Assembly: GCA_049515135.1 (NCBI GenBank) | Contig: JBEKUJ010000007.1 | Span: forward strand, 116,888 to 180,887 | Direction of reading: 5' to 3' | Length of the DNA stretch: 64,000 nt | Source of the DNA: Spirochaetia bacterium | Lineage (GTDB): Bacteria; Spirochaetota; Spirochaetia; SZUA-6; Fen-1364 | Part shown: positions 29,144 to 39,462 of the stretch, one piece after another | How positions within the stretch are numbered: position 1 is the stretch's first letter | How the letters are laid out: each line of letters opens with the position of its first letter | Notes under the pieces: model-generated | Seen by the model: the letters and a program-made list of their open reading frames with translations, nothing else | What the model was told of the DNA's origin: nothing | The model's database searches: none | Made by a program: the position numbers and the translations under genes

Positions 29144-30223
29144 TCACGGACTTACCTTGCGGATACGCTGGTTGAGACTGTCGGCGATGTAGAGGTTGCC
29201 GGAAGAGTCCCGAGCCACCCCGTACGGCGAGGCCAACTTTGCCGAGGTTGCTGCGATGTTGTCACCGTTGTAGCCAAACGTCCCGTTGCCCGCCACGATA
29301 GTAAGGACGCTCGAGGTGTTCACCTTCACGATCCGGCCGACATTTGTATCGGCAATGTACAGGTTGCCTGAGGAGTCAACTGCAACGTTCGACGGGGCGG
29401 AAAGCTCAACCGAAGTCGCAGCACTACCGTCAGCCAGATCACCCGTTCCGCCACCCGCAACCGTGGTGATAATACCCAAGGTGCTTACCTTGCGGATGCG
29501 ATTGTTTCCCTGATCGGCGATGTACAAGTTGCCCGATGAGTCCACAGCGACACTAGTCGGGATGGCAATCTCGGCGGAGGTGGCGATGATGCGATCGCCA
29601 TTGAATGCAGCTGTGCCATCGCCTGCCACTGTGCTGATAACGCCCTTTGCATCCACCTTGCGGATGCGGTAGTTGTCCCTGTCCGCGATGAATAGGTTAC
29701 CCGCGGAGTCCAGCGCTATAGCACACGGCATGGTAAGTTCGGCCGAAGTAGCGGCACCGCCATCGCCGCTGAAGCCTGGAGTCCCCTTACCCGCAACCGT
29801 GGTGATAATGCCCGAGGTGCTTACCCTGCGGATGCGACTGTTTTCAAAATCGGCAATATAGATGTTGCCCGCAGCGTCAATCGCAACATCAGTGGGGGTA
29901 TTGAGCTCAGCCGAGGTGGCAGGAATGTTGTCACCGTTGTAGCCTTCAGTCCCATTGCCGGCGACCGTTGTGATTATTCCGGCGGTGCTCACCTTTCGGA
30001 TGCGGTGGTTGTGCGTGTCTGCGATGTACAAATTACCCGCGGAGTCTAGTGTGACACCATAAGGGGTGGAAATCTGGGCCGAGGTGGCTGCGCCGCCATC
30101 GCCACTGTAGCCTGGGGTCCCGCTGCCCGCGACCGTAGTGATAATGGCTGCTGAGGGACCCGAGGCGATAAGAAGCGTGCTCACGGCCGCTATGATGACT
30201 CCGAACAGAAATCGCTTGTTCAT
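29144..30223 (-). CDS. Exported NHL-repeat beta-propeller protein
   Basis: Signal peptide plus about six repeats of P..VA.DS.GNLYIAD..N.RIRKV. Confidence 0.9.
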   Translation of the reverse strand: MNKRFLFGVIIAAVSTLLIASGPSAAIITTVAGSGTPGYSGDGGAATSAQISTPYGVTLDSAGNLYIADTHNHRIRKVSTAGIITTVAGNGTEGYNGDNIPATSAELNTPTDVAIDAAGNIYIADFENSRIRRVSTSGIITTVAGKGTPGFSGDGGAATSAELTMPCAIALDSAGNLFIADRDNYRIRKVDAKGVISTVAGDGTAAFNGDRIIATSAEIAIPTSVAVDSSGNLYIADQGNNRIRKVSTLGIITTVAGGGTGDLADGSAATSVELSAPSNVAVDSSGNLYIADTNVGRIVKVNTSSVLTIVAGNGTFGYNGDNIAATSAKLASPYGVARDSSGNLYIADSLNQRIRKVSP

Positions 30224-30289
30224 GAACTTTGTCCTCCTGTTCTCGCTTTACTTAGACGCTTCTTCGAGCTTCACAAGGGCGTCGGTGCC

Positions 30290-30424
30290 TTTCAGGTCTG
30301 TCTGACTGTCCCTCGTTGTTTCTCGCTTTCACGTCAGCACCAGCTTTCAGCAGCACGGCGACCACCTCAGGATTTTTGTTGTGCAAAACTCGAACAATGA
30401 TTCTTGCTGTCCTAATTCATACAT
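30290..30424 (-). pseudogene. Ankyrin-repeat gene fragment
   Basis: Minus strand gives NKNPEVVAVLLKAGADVKARNNEG, resembling the repeats of 15691-16356. Confidence 0.5.
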
Positions 30425-30765
30425 ATCCTCCTTCACCTCCTCTTGTTGGTTTCTTGGATGAAATTGACAGGTTGCCGGACAGGCCGACAAGGATTGGCTG
30501 ACGATTTGATTAGACTATACACCCTCGGTCAAGCAAGCCCGCCGGCTGGAAAGTAGGACGGCATCGGCGCGCAGGGATGTTGATCCCTGCTCGGAGAGGG
30601 GGATCCTGCCTCCCTAAGGACGCAACGGCATGGTCCAATGGGGTGAGGGGAGCGCCGGGGCGCTTTTTGGTGTAGGGCTGGTCAGCTCTCCATCCCTAAC
30701 GATCGCGGGTACGTTTTAGTGACCGCTCAAAGCGGCCGTTCTTGCTCCCAGAGGTACCATCGGGC

Positions 30766-31130
30766 ACTAGCCCCTCAAACTAGAAACACCATTGCCATCC
30801 GTTGCCGTCCGTTGCGGATCACGTGTCTCGGGGGCGGTCATCAGCGGTTTGCGGTCATCCTTCCCTGCGATGACAAATACGATCTTGTCCAGCTTCAGGA
30901 AGGCCATGACCGCAAGACCGACAAGTATATGTCCTCAATACATAGGATTTGCCGCAAGGGGATAAATCCCGATCCGCAGGATTCGGTCGGCAATTGACGC
31001 AATCTCGTGAAGACAGGAACGACATTCGGGATCGGAAACCCACTGCATCATTCCCGTGAGATGTGCGTGAGCCATGGAGCGGATCGTGTGAACGGCCGCG
31101 GTATCCGTCTCGAAAGAGAACGGCATTCAT
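30766..31130 (-). pseudogene. NadD-like (HxGH nucleotidyltransferase) remnant
   Basis: RIGIYPLAANPMY*GHILVGLAVMAFLKLDKIVFVIAG, with TGA at 30935-30937 inside the HxGH motif. Confidence 0.5.
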
Positions 31131-31167
31131 TCCCCATGATCCGCCGGATCCGAAGGCATGAGTCCTG

Positions 31168-31632
31168 CTAAACCACCGAGTAAAGAAAGAGCTCGAATCG
31201 AGGCATGGCGATTCTTGCAGTTCCAATCGCTACTATCCGATTCAGCCAGCCGTATTTTTCCGCAGCGGTCTCGAAGAACGCGGCGGGACAGAAGTAGAGT
31301 TCTGGGGGAGCAATGGGCTTGCCTTGAAACGTCTCCTGCATTCTCTCGGGTTTCGCATGCATCAGCCCTCGATAGTTCATGTAGATGAGCTGTTCGTCAT
31401 TCGTCTTAATGGTCGTTCGAATGTCGAGCTCGGCCACGCCATCGGGGCGGAGGAGCATCCAATCACCCGACATGGGAAGGGTGGTTCCATTTATTTTCGG
31501 CCCTTCGACTTTCCCATTCACGACTCGAATAATCTGGCGGTTTCCATGCGGGCCCATTCCAACGTTCTGCGGCATGTCAAGCGTGAGGTCGGCATAGAAC
31601 AGAAACTCGGTTCTTACTGCCAGCTGTTCCAT
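31168..31632 (-). CDS. DUF3237-like protein
   Basis: G.V.GP...G....SGDW..RPDG...LD.R and FETAAEKYGWLNR patterns. Confidence 0.75.
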   Translation of the reverse strand: MEQLAVRTEFLFYADLTLDMPQNVGMGPHGNRQIIRVVNGKVEGPKINGTTLPMSGDWMLLRPDGVAELDIRTTIKTNDEQLIYMNYRGLMHAKPERMQETFQGKPIAPPELYFCPAAFFETAAEKYGWLNRIVAIGTARIAMPRFELFLYSVV

Positions 31633-31911
31633 AGGGACTACCTCCTTGTATGATTTTGATGAAACGGAGAAAGCGGGATCTTCCTGCAGAATCTGACGCC
31701 CCGCCCATACTCCTGGAAGTTACCAACGCGATAGACGGGAGGCAACCGGGAAGTTGCCATTTTGAAACTATTTTGTTGACTGTCGTTTTTATCGTCAGTA
31801 CCTATTGTGCATGCTGGCGAGCTGCATGCTGCAATCTCATCGAACACCTCTCCGGCGGATCGCCACAATCAGATCGCAATCCTTAAAAATCTCGCACAAA
31901 AGGAGAATCGG

Positions 31912-32670
31912 ATGAAAGGGATCAAGGGCAAGGTCGCATTGGTGACAGGAGGCGGTTCGGGCATCGGGCGTGCAACGGCTCTCATATTCGGGCGCGAAGG
32001 CGCCAAGGTCGTTGTTGCCAATCGCAGCGCCGCCAAGGGTGAAGACACCGTGAAAGCAATCAAGGCCGCCGGCGGGGAGGCGACTTTCATCAAGACGGAC
32101 GTCACCAACTCCAAGGAGGTTCAGGCGCTCGTCAACCAGATCGTTCGTACTTTCGGCAGGCTCGATATCGCCTTCAACAATGCAGGGATCGCAGGGAAAC
32201 TGGATACGACAGCCGATTGTACCGAGGAAGACTGGGACATCTCGATGAACGTCAACCTCAGGAGCGTGTTCCTCTGCATGAAGTACGAGCTGCAGCAGAT
32301 GCTCAAGCAGGGCGGCGGAGCGATTGTCAACACGGCCTCGGCGGCCGGGCTGGTAGCGTTGCCGGGGGCTGTGGCGTACAACGCAGCCAAGTTTGCAACC
32401 GTGGGGCTGACCAAGACGGCGGCCATGGATTATGTCAAATCCAACATTCGCGTCAACTGCGTATGCCCCTCTTTCGTGAAGACGCCCATAACAGACGGGC
32501 TTGCGGCCCAATACCCCGAAATGATCCAGAAGATGTTCCCCTACCAGCCGATCGGGCGCCTCGGTGTGCCGGAGGAGATCGGGGAGGCCGTGGTCTGGCT
32601 TTCCTCGGAGGATGCGAGCTTTGTGACCGGCGCATCGTTCTCTGTCGACGGCGGCTACACGGCGATGTGA
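31912..32670 (+). CDS. Short-chain dehydrogenase/reductase
   Basis: TGGGSGIG, NNAG, YNAAK; AGGAG RBS. Confidence 0.95.
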   Translation: MKGIKGKVALVTGGGSGIGRATALIFGREGAKVVVANRSAAKGEDTVKAIKAAGGEATFIKTDVTNSKEVQALVNQIVRTFGRLDIAFNNAGIAGKLDTTADCTEEDWDISMNVNLRSVFLCMKYELQQMLKQGGGAIVNTASAAGLVALPGAVAYNAAKFATVGLTKTAAMDYVKSNIRVNCVCPSFVKTPITDGLAAQYPEMIQKMFPYQPIGRLGVPEEIGEAVVWLSSEDASFVTGASFSVDGGYTAM

Positions 32671-32754
32671 GGTCGGCCTTTTCGACGGTGCCGCTGCGGG
32701 CCGCGCGTGTCTGAATTGGACAGCGCGTGCCCGCATTTGTAGACTGACAGTCGC

Positions 32755-34038
32755 ATGAGCATCCTGGGACCGATTGCGCTGATCGTGTTCTGGGTGGCTA
32801 TCATCCTGGTCACTGCCAAGCTTGGCGCGGAGATCGCGCTGCGTGTCGGCCAGCCTCCGGTCCTGGGAGAGCTCATTGTCGGCATTGTTCTCGGGAACCT
32901 CGGGCTTCTGGGGTTTCATGCGCTGGATGCCGTGAAGACGGACGCAGTCGTCAACGCCCTTGCCCAGATCGGCGTTCTCATACTTGTCTTCACCATCGGG
33001 CTCAGATCGACCATCGCTCAAATGATAGAAGTGGGAACCTCTTCCCTTCTCGCAGCGGTGCTCGGGGTGGCGGTGCCCTTCGCCCTCGGCTGGGGAGTGA
33101 GCGCGTGGCTTCTCCCCGATGCAAGTCCCTATGTACATCTGTTTCTCGGCGCAGCCATAACCGCCACCGGAGTCGCGGTCATCGGACGGGCCTTGCATGA
33201 TATCGGACTCACTCATATGCCGGAAGCCCGTGTCATCATGGGGGCCGCCGTCATCGACGACATTATAGGTTTCATCATTCTTGCGACCCTGAGCGGGCTC
33301 ATTTCTGCCGTGGGCAAAAGTGCTTTTTCCCTCCTTTCCGTCGGAATCGTAACGGCGAAAGCTCTCGGTTTTCTCGCAGGTGCGTTGATCTTTGGGCGCT
33401 ATCTCTTTGCAAAGCTCCTGCAATTTGCCTCGAAACTGAAGGGCGAGGGGATTCTCCTTCTGGCGGGAATCGCGTTTTGTTTCATCATGTCCTTCCTGGC
33501 CAGCCTTGCAGGGCTCGAGCCCGTGATTGGCGCGTTTGCCGCCGGGCTGAGCCTCGAAGAACGTCATTACCGGAGCTTCCTGCAAAAGGGCGATCTCCCC
33601 CTGGAGGAATCGATAAAGCCGATCGCCGCTACCCTTGTTCCCATTTTCTTCGTACTCATGGGGATGCGCACGGACCTGAAGGCGCTTTCCGATCCGGGAA
33701 TCCTCGGATTCGCCGCCCTCCTCACCGCGGTCGCCGTTATGGGAAAGCTCGCATCCGGCCTGGGAGTGCTTGGAAAAGGGGTCGACCGCCTTACGGTCGG
33801 CATCGGCATGGTCCCGCGGGGCGCCGTCGGGCTGATATTCGCCGGCGTCGGCCTTACCCTCTCGGTGGAAGGACTGCCGATTGTGACTCCGTCGACTTTT
33901 TCCGCTTTGGTGATAATGGTGATTCTTACGACGCTCGTGGCTCTCCCGCTCATGAAGCGGCGGATGGATCTTCTGCAGCGCAGAAGGGAGACTGACCATT
34001 CACGGCGTGGCAAGGGCGCGCCCGTGGACCGGGTCTGA
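32755..34038 (+). CDS. CPA2-family cation:proton antiporter
   Basis: GQPPVLGEL; GAAVIDD; GMVPRG; many TM helices. Confidence 0.9.
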   Translation: MSILGPIALIVFWVAIILVTAKLGAEIALRVGQPPVLGELIVGIVLGNLGLLGFHALDAVKTDAVVNALAQIGVLILVFTIGLRSTIAQMIEVGTSSLLAAVLGVAVPFALGWGVSAWLLPDASPYVHLFLGAAITATGVAVIGRALHDIGLTHMPEARVIMGAAVIDDIIGFIILATLSGLISAVGKSAFSLLSVGIVTAKALGFLAGALIFGRYLFAKLLQFASKLKGEGILLLAGIAFCFIMSFLASLAGLEPVIGAFAAGLSLEERHYRSFLQKGDLPLEESIKPIAATLVPIFFVLMGMRTDLKALSDPGILGFAALLTAVAVMGKLASGLGVLGKGVDRLTVGIGMVPRGAVGLIFAGVGLTLSVEGLPIVTPSTFSALVIMVILTTLVALPLMKRRMDLLQRRRETDHSRRGKGAPVDRV

Positions 34039-34436
34039 GCCATGCGGGAGAAGCAGGTGAATGGCAGTGTTCGGCGGAGAGATAACGTTTTTGTTGACTG
34101 TTCGCTTCTTCGATCAGTAATCTATAGCATGCCGCGTGGGCCGAAAAATGTTTGTTCTCGTCTGTTCCGGTGCTCGAATGCCATGCAACTGCCTGGACTG
34201 CGATTCGAACAAGCGTATGGTGAAAGTAATCGTGGCGCCGCCACACCTTCTGTGACCGGCCAATGAAAACCACAGGGCTCTTGGATGCGTTTCGTTGCAT
34301 TGCATGCGAGAAACCTCGATCGGCTCTCTTGGAAAATGAACAGAACGGTTCCCGGTTGAAGCGGGGGCCAGGATATTAAAAACGGGTCTTGCGATCCGGC
34401 TGTGTGTCGGCGCGCAACCCGTGAGGAGTGAATGCC

Positions 34437-35258
34437 ATGAGCAAGATTCTTGTGGTTTTATCGCAGTGGGGATATTGGGGCGAAGAGCTTATCGGCCCCC
34501 TGGATGTTCTGGAGGCAAAAGGGTACGAACCGGTCTTCATGACCTCCAAGGGCAAGAAGCCGCCGGCGCTTCCTCCGAGCATGGACGAGAACTATCTCGA
34601 TCCTCCGCTTGATACCAAGGTAACCAGTGAGTACTACGCGCGTAAGACCAGAGAAATGGATAAGTCGACGCGTCTTTCGAAGCCCCTCAACCTTTCAGAG
34701 TGGTTCCCCGAGCGGCCCTACTACAGCGCCAAAAGCTATCTTCGGGATCTGGAAGCCTATAACGATGCACGAGACAAAGCGCAGGCTTCTCTGGCGGAGT
34801 ACGCCGCCCTCCTGCTGGTGGGCGGGAGCGGCCCTATCGTCGATATGGTCAACAACCAGCGGCTCCACGACGTGATTCTCGGATTCTACAAGATGAACAA
34901 GCCCATCGCTGCCGAATGCTACGGCGTCACCTGTCTTGCCTTTGCGCGGGACTGGTACGACCGTAAGAGTCTCATCTGGGGCAAGCACGTGACGGGACAT
35001 CCATTGGAGTACGACTACAAGGACGGCACCGGCTTCATGGGAACGGATTTCAACATGGGCCCCCCTCCCTACCCTCTGGAGTACATCCTGCGTGATGCAA
35101 CCGGACCGGAGGGCGGGTACCACAGCGGAGTCGGGAGACGGCTCTCTGCCATCGTGGACTACCCGTTCGTCACGAGCCGCTCGACGGCTGATTCCAAGAA
35201 ATGCGGCGAGCTGCTCGTCGAAGTCCTGGAAAACGGGCTCAAACGTTGGGGATGGTAG
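34437..35258 (+). CDS. DJ-1/PfpI (class I glutamine amidotransferase-like) protein
   Basis: GYWGEEL; LLVGGSG; AAECYG nucleophile elbow. Confidence 0.8.
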   Translation: MSKILVVLSQWGYWGEELIGPLDVLEAKGYEPVFMTSKGKKPPALPPSMDENYLDPPLDTKVTSEYYARKTREMDKSTRLSKPLNLSEWFPERPYYSAKSYLRDLEAYNDARDKAQASLAEYAALLLVGGSGPIVDMVNNQRLHDVILGFYKMNKPIAAECYGVTCLAFARDWYDRKSLIWGKHVTGHPLEYDYKDGTGFMGTDFNMGPPPYPLEYILRDATGPEGGYHSGVGRRLSAIVDYPFVTSRSTADSKKCGELLVEVLENGLKRWGW

Positions 35259-35296
35259 GGAGCGAGACTGAAGGACCTCGGAAAGGGCGCTAATCC

Positions 35297-37003
35297 ATGA
35301 GCAGTGGCGAGATGGCGGAAAAAACAGGACGCTTCGCGATCATCGAGCAATTGCTTGCCGACGGCATCGAGTACATGTTCGGCAATCCGGGCACCGTCGA
35401 ACAAGGATTCCTCGACGCCATTCGGGCTTATCCGCGGATGAAGTACATCCTCGCTCTGCAGGAATCGGTGGCGCTCATGATCGGAGACGGGTATGCCCGC
35501 GCGACCAGGAAACCGGCCCTCGTTCAGATACACAGCACCCCCGGTCTGGGCAATGCGATCGGTGCAATGTACCAGGCCATGCGCGGGCACGCGCCGCTCG
35601 TGGTCATCGGTTCTGACGCCGGACTGAGATATATGCCTCTCGATGCCCAGATGGCGGGTGATCTGGTGGCATTTGCGAGGCCCGTTACGAAATGGTCGGC
35701 AATGGTGCTGGATTCGTCGTCGCTTCTGCGAATGCTGCGCCGTGCAATAAAGATCGCCGGCACGCCCCCCATGGGGCCGGTGTACCTGTGCATGCCGGCT
35801 GACGTCCTGGACAGCCCCACGGTGGAGGAGGTCGTGCCCACGTCCACCCCTTCAACGCGCGTGGCCCCGGAGGAAAGCTTCATCCGGGAGGCAGCACAGA
35901 TCCTCGCGGCGGCGAAAAATCCCATGATCTTCGTGGGCGACGGGGTCGCTTTCTCGGGGGCGCAGGGTGAGCTTGAGAGAGTTGCGGAGCTCCTGGGGGC
36001 GGAAATCTGGGGCGTGGATGCGGGAGAGTTGAATGTGAGCTACTCCCATCCCCTCTATCAGGGACAGACCGGCCACATGTTCGGTGCAAGCAGCCTGCCC
36101 ATCACCACGCGGGGGGACGCCAACCTGGTCTGCGGGACGTACATGCTGCCGGAAGTGTTTCCTCATCTCGGAGACATCTTCGCTCCGGCGGCGAAGGTCA
36201 TTCATATCGACTTGAACGTCTATGAGATCGCCAAGAATCACAGGGTCGACCTTGGGGTTGCAAGCGATCCCCGGTTGACCCTCGCGCTGCTTGCTTCCGC
36301 CCTCGAGTCGGTGATGAGCGGCGGGCAGAAAGAAGCTGCCCGGAGCCGAGCGGCAAGAATCGGGGCGGAAAACGAGAAAAAGCGCGCTCGCCAGATGGGT
36401 GTGGACAAGGCGGTGCGGGAGGAGGTGCCTCTGCATGCCTCGCGCTTCATGGAAGAGCTGGCCCGCCTCGTGCCCCAGGATTCGGTGATCTTCGACGAAG
36501 CTTTGACCAGCTCGCCTGAGCTGACCCGCTACCTGCCGCCATCGAAGCCGGGGCAGTTCTTTCAGACCCGAGGAGGCTCTCTTGGAGTGGGCATCCCCGG
36601 CGCCCTGGGCCTCAAGCTGGCCAACCCGGAAAAAACGGTGATCGGTTTCACAGGGGATGGGGGAAGCCTCTATACCATTCAAGCGCTGTGGACAGCCGCC
36701 CACCACCGGATCGGGAGCAAGTTTGTCGTTGTGAACAACCAGAGTTACATGCTCCTGGAGCTCAATATCCTTCAGTACTGGAAGGAACGGGGCATCGAGG
36801 AGCACGCTTTCCCGGATTCTTTTCTGCTGAGCAACCCCGTGGTCGATTTCGCGGGCCTGTCGCGCTCTCTGGGAGTTCCCGCGGTTCGTGTGACGAAACC
36901 TGAAGAGATCGCGCCGGCCATTCATACGATGCTCGAAACGGACGGGCCGTTCCTGATAGATCTTGTAGTGACGAGCCGCGTTCCGGGCGCCAAAGGCGGT
37001 TGA
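35297..37003 (+). CDS. ThDP-dependent enzyme (benzoylformate decarboxylase/acetolactate synthase-like)
   Basis: FGNPGTVE; LQESVA; GDGG...VVNNQSY ThDP motif. Confidence 0.9.
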   Translation: MSSGEMAEKTGRFAIIEQLLADGIEYMFGNPGTVEQGFLDAIRAYPRMKYILALQESVALMIGDGYARATRKPALVQIHSTPGLGNAIGAMYQAMRGHAPLVVIGSDAGLRYMPLDAQMAGDLVAFARPVTKWSAMVLDSSSLLRMLRRAIKIAGTPPMGPVYLCMPADVLDSPTVEEVVPTSTPSTRVAPEESFIREAAQILAAAKNPMIFVGDGVAFSGAQGELERVAELLGAEIWGVDAGELNVSYSHPLYQGQTGHMFGASSLPITTRGDANLVCGTYMLPEVFPHLGDIFAPAAKVIHIDLNVYEIAKNHRVDLGVASDPRLTLALLASALESVMSGGQKEAARSRAARIGAENEKKRARQMGVDKAVREEVPLHASRFMEELARLVPQDSVIFDEALTSSPELTRYLPPSKPGQFFQTRGGSLGVGIPGALGLKLANPEKTVIGFTGDGGSLYTIQALWTAAHHRIGSKFVVVNNQSYMLLELNILQYWKERGIEEHAFPDSFLLSNPVVDFAGLSRSLGVPAVRVTKPEEIAPAIHTMLETDGPFLIDLVVTSRVPGAKGG

Positions 37004-37051
37004 GGATATGAGCGAGTGGGAAATCTTTATTTCAGATGATGGAGGGAAACT

Positions 37052-37495
37052 ATGAGCAATACCAACCCCCTCACCCAGGAGGAGGTACGGAGTCTCGCAA
37101 AGGATTGGTACTTGAAGCTCGACGTGCACGCTCCCATGGTCGAGCTCCTGCCGATGCTCCTGGACAAGGGTCTGGAGATGAGGTTCCCCGAGGCCACGCT
37201 GTATGGCCACGGCCAGTTCGAGGGCTGGTACCAGGGAGTGATCCGGATCTTCTTCGATGAGGTTCACGAGCTGAAGGAGGTGACGGCCAAGATCAGCGGG
37301 GACACCGCATCGGTGAAGGTGGTCGTGAACTGGCAGGCCCACAGGTGGAAGCCTCCTGCGGCCAAGAGCGAGCTTCTGTGGTTCGATGCCTACCAGACAT
37401 GGGAGGTGAAACGGTCGCCGGACACGGGGAAGGCGGTGATCGCGATCTACAAGGTCGATGAGCTGAAGCCAATGAAAGGTTCGGTTGCGCTGTGA
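37052..37495 (+). CDS. NTF2/SnoaL-like protein
   Basis: 147 aa alpha+beta pattern within the operon; GGAGG RBS. Confidence 0.65.
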   Translation: MSNTNPLTQEEVRSLAKDWYLKLDVHAPMVELLPMLLDKGLEMRFPEATLYGHGQFEGWYQGVIRIFFDEVHELKEVTAKISGDTASVKVVVNWQAHRWKPPAAKSELLWFDAYQTWEVKRSPDTGKAVIAIYKVDELKPMKGSVAL

Positions 37496-37543
37496 TCTGC
37501 TTCGTCCTCGCAGAGGACGAAAACATACGTGGAGGAGGGAGAA

Positions 37544-37993
37544 ATGGCTGACCAATTGAGCAAGGAAGAGCAGAACGCTCTGGACGTCGTCAAGAAGATG
37601 TACGCCGCGTTCGCCAAGGGCGACATGAACGCCGTGCTGGATCTCCAGGCAGATGACGTGGTCTGGTACGTCGGAGAAGGGGACCGGGGGGCGAAGACGA
37701 GCCCCGATCCGCGCCTGCCGTATGCCGGCACCTTCAAGGGCCGCGACGGCCTGCAGCGTTTTTTCAAAATCCTGGATGAAACCACCCGATTCAGGTCGTA
37801 CGAACAGACGGAGTTTGTCGTCCAGGGTCAGACCGTCGTTGTCATTCTCCACGACCAGGCTCATGCCAAGCCCACGCAGACGGATTACGACACGTGGCTG
37901 GTCCACAAATGCGTCGTGAGGGGCGGCAAGATCGCCTCCCTGTGGAACCACATCGACACCGGACCCATCTGGGCTGCCTTCGGCAAGAAGTAA
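37544..37993 (+). CDS. NTF2/SnoaL-like (ketosteroid isomerase-like) protein
   Basis: VVKKMYAAFAKGD..., LPYAGTFKGRDG...FF. Confidence 0.8.
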   Translation: MADQLSKEEQNALDVVKKMYAAFAKGDMNAVLDLQADDVVWYVGEGDRGAKTSPDPRLPYAGTFKGRDGLQRFFKILDETTRFRSYEQTEFVVQGQTVVVILHDQAHAKPTQTDYDTWLVHKCVVRGGKIASLWNHIDTGPIWAAFGKK

Positions 37994-38042
37994 TGGACGC
38001 GGGCCTGGAAGTCGCTCTCTAAGGCTGCGCAGGAGGGATGCA

Positions 38043-38873
38043 ATGGGAAAACCGCCCGACTCGGTTCTGGGGAAGATGTACACGAAGCACATCGGGTTCA
38101 TTCTGGCCAGAGATGTGGCCGCCCTTCTTGACCAGTATGCCGGGGACTGCCTGCTCATCAGCACATTGACGCCGGACCGCAGTCCTCTCTACGTGCGGGG
38201 ACACGGTGAACTTGAACAGTTCTTCAGGAGCCGCATCTTCAGCCTCGAAGATCTCGAAACGGACATCAATCAATGGGCGGAGACGGAAAACACCCTTATG
38301 ATCGTGGAAGAGATCCGCACAAAGGGCACTGACGGTTCCACCGGATCGGTCGAGTTCTATGATAATTGGTTCCTGCGCGGGGGCAGAATAGCCATACATT
38401 TCGCCGGCACAGTCCGCTATCCGGACGGGACGTATGCGGACGGAACGGGATTCCCTCCGGGCAAGGCACCGCAAAAGAGAGAGCCTCCCGACACCCCGCT
38501 GGGCAGGCTCTACAATGAGCACATCGGCTTCATCAAGTCGAAGAACGTCAAAGGGATCCTGAATCAATACGCGGACGATGCCCTGTTGATCGGCACGCTC
38601 ACGGAGGGTCGCAAGCCTCGCTACGTGCGAGGCCGCGCCCAGCTGGAGGATTTCTTCACGGGCAATTTCATGGGCCTCAAGAGCCTGAGCTCCCGCATCG
38701 ACCAGTGGGCGGAGACCGAGAACACCCTCATGATCGTGGAGAGCGTCGATGTGGTCACCACTGATGGCTCGGCGGTCGCCATGAGCTTCTACGACAACTG
38801 GGTGCTGGAAAAGGGAAAGATCGCCGTGCATTTCGCGGGGGTTGTGCGTTATCCGGATGGCTCCTATGCATGA
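38043..38873 (+). CDS. Tandem-duplicated NTF2-like protein
   Basis: Two internal copies of LG.LY..HIGFI...QWAETENTLMIVE...FYDNW.L..G.IA.HFAG.VRYPDG.YA. Confidence 0.7.
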   Translation: MGKPPDSVLGKMYTKHIGFILARDVAALLDQYAGDCLLISTLTPDRSPLYVRGHGELEQFFRSRIFSLEDLETDINQWAETENTLMIVEEIRTKGTDGSTGSVEFYDNWFLRGGRIAIHFAGTVRYPDGTYADGTGFPPGKAPQKREPPDTPLGRLYNEHIGFIKSKNVKGILNQYADDALLIGTLTEGRKPRYVRGRAQLEDFFTGNFMGLKSLSSRIDQWAETENTLMIVESVDVVTTDGSAVAMSFYDNWVLEKGKIAVHFAGVVRYPDGSYA

Positions 38874-39447
38874 GGGTTTGAAGCTGAAGGGGAAGAAGAT
38901 CGCCGTCCTCATCGAAAGCGACTTCTACGAAAAGGAAATCTTCTATTACAGGATGCGATTTCCCGAGGAGGGAGCCGAGCTTCACTTTCTGAGCCGGCTC
39001 TGGGGCCAGGAAATGCTGACCTTCAAGGGGCACGAGTACCATATTCCCTTCGAGTGCCGCGAAAGCTTCGAGAACATGGATGACGCGACGCTTCGGAGCT
39101 ACTCCGCGCTTATCGTCCCTTCCGCGATGGTCTCCGACAGGCTTCGCTACACGGAGGATGTGAACGAGGTTCCTCCCGCCACGAAGCTGCTGAAGCGCGC
39201 GTTCGCCGAAAAAGGAATCATCAAGGGGATCATCTGCCATGGCCTGTGGCTGGTTGCCCCGTCGCCGGAGCTGGTGCGGGGCCGCCGTGTCGTAGCCCAC
39301 AACAATCTGATCGGCGATGTCAGGAACATGGGCGCGATCTACACGAACGAGGATGTTGTGATCGACAACGATCTGGTCACGGCGCGGACCGGCGACCACT
39401 GTCACGTGTTTGCGCGGACAATAATCGAGATGCTGGCCAGGGAGTAA
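38866..39447 (+). CDS. DJ-1/PfpI (ThiJ) family protein
   Basis: KIAVLIESDFYEKE; IICHG; DLVTAR. Confidence 0.85.
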   Translation: MHEGLKLKGKKIAVLIESDFYEKEIFYYRMRFPEEGAELHFLSRLWGQEMLTFKGHEYHIPFECRESFENMDDATLRSYSALIVPSAMVSDRLRYTEDVNEVPPATKLLKRAFAEKGIIKGIICHGLWLVAPSPELVRGRRVVAHNNLIGDVRNMGAIYTNEDVVIDNDLVTARTGDHCHVFARTIIEMLARE

Positions 39448-39462
39448 GGGGGAGAACGATCG

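Noticed and set aside
29144-30223. Periodic DNA repeats resembling an array
   Set aside because: They are the coding NHL repeats, not CRISPR; there is no repeat-spacer structure and no cas gene.
31837-33999. 720-aa minus-strand ORF
   Set aside because: Antisense shadow of the SDR and antiporter genes; no motifs.
35852-38164. 770-aa minus-strand ORF
   Set aside because: Antisense shadow of the ThDP and NTF2 genes, expected from GC-rich codon bias.
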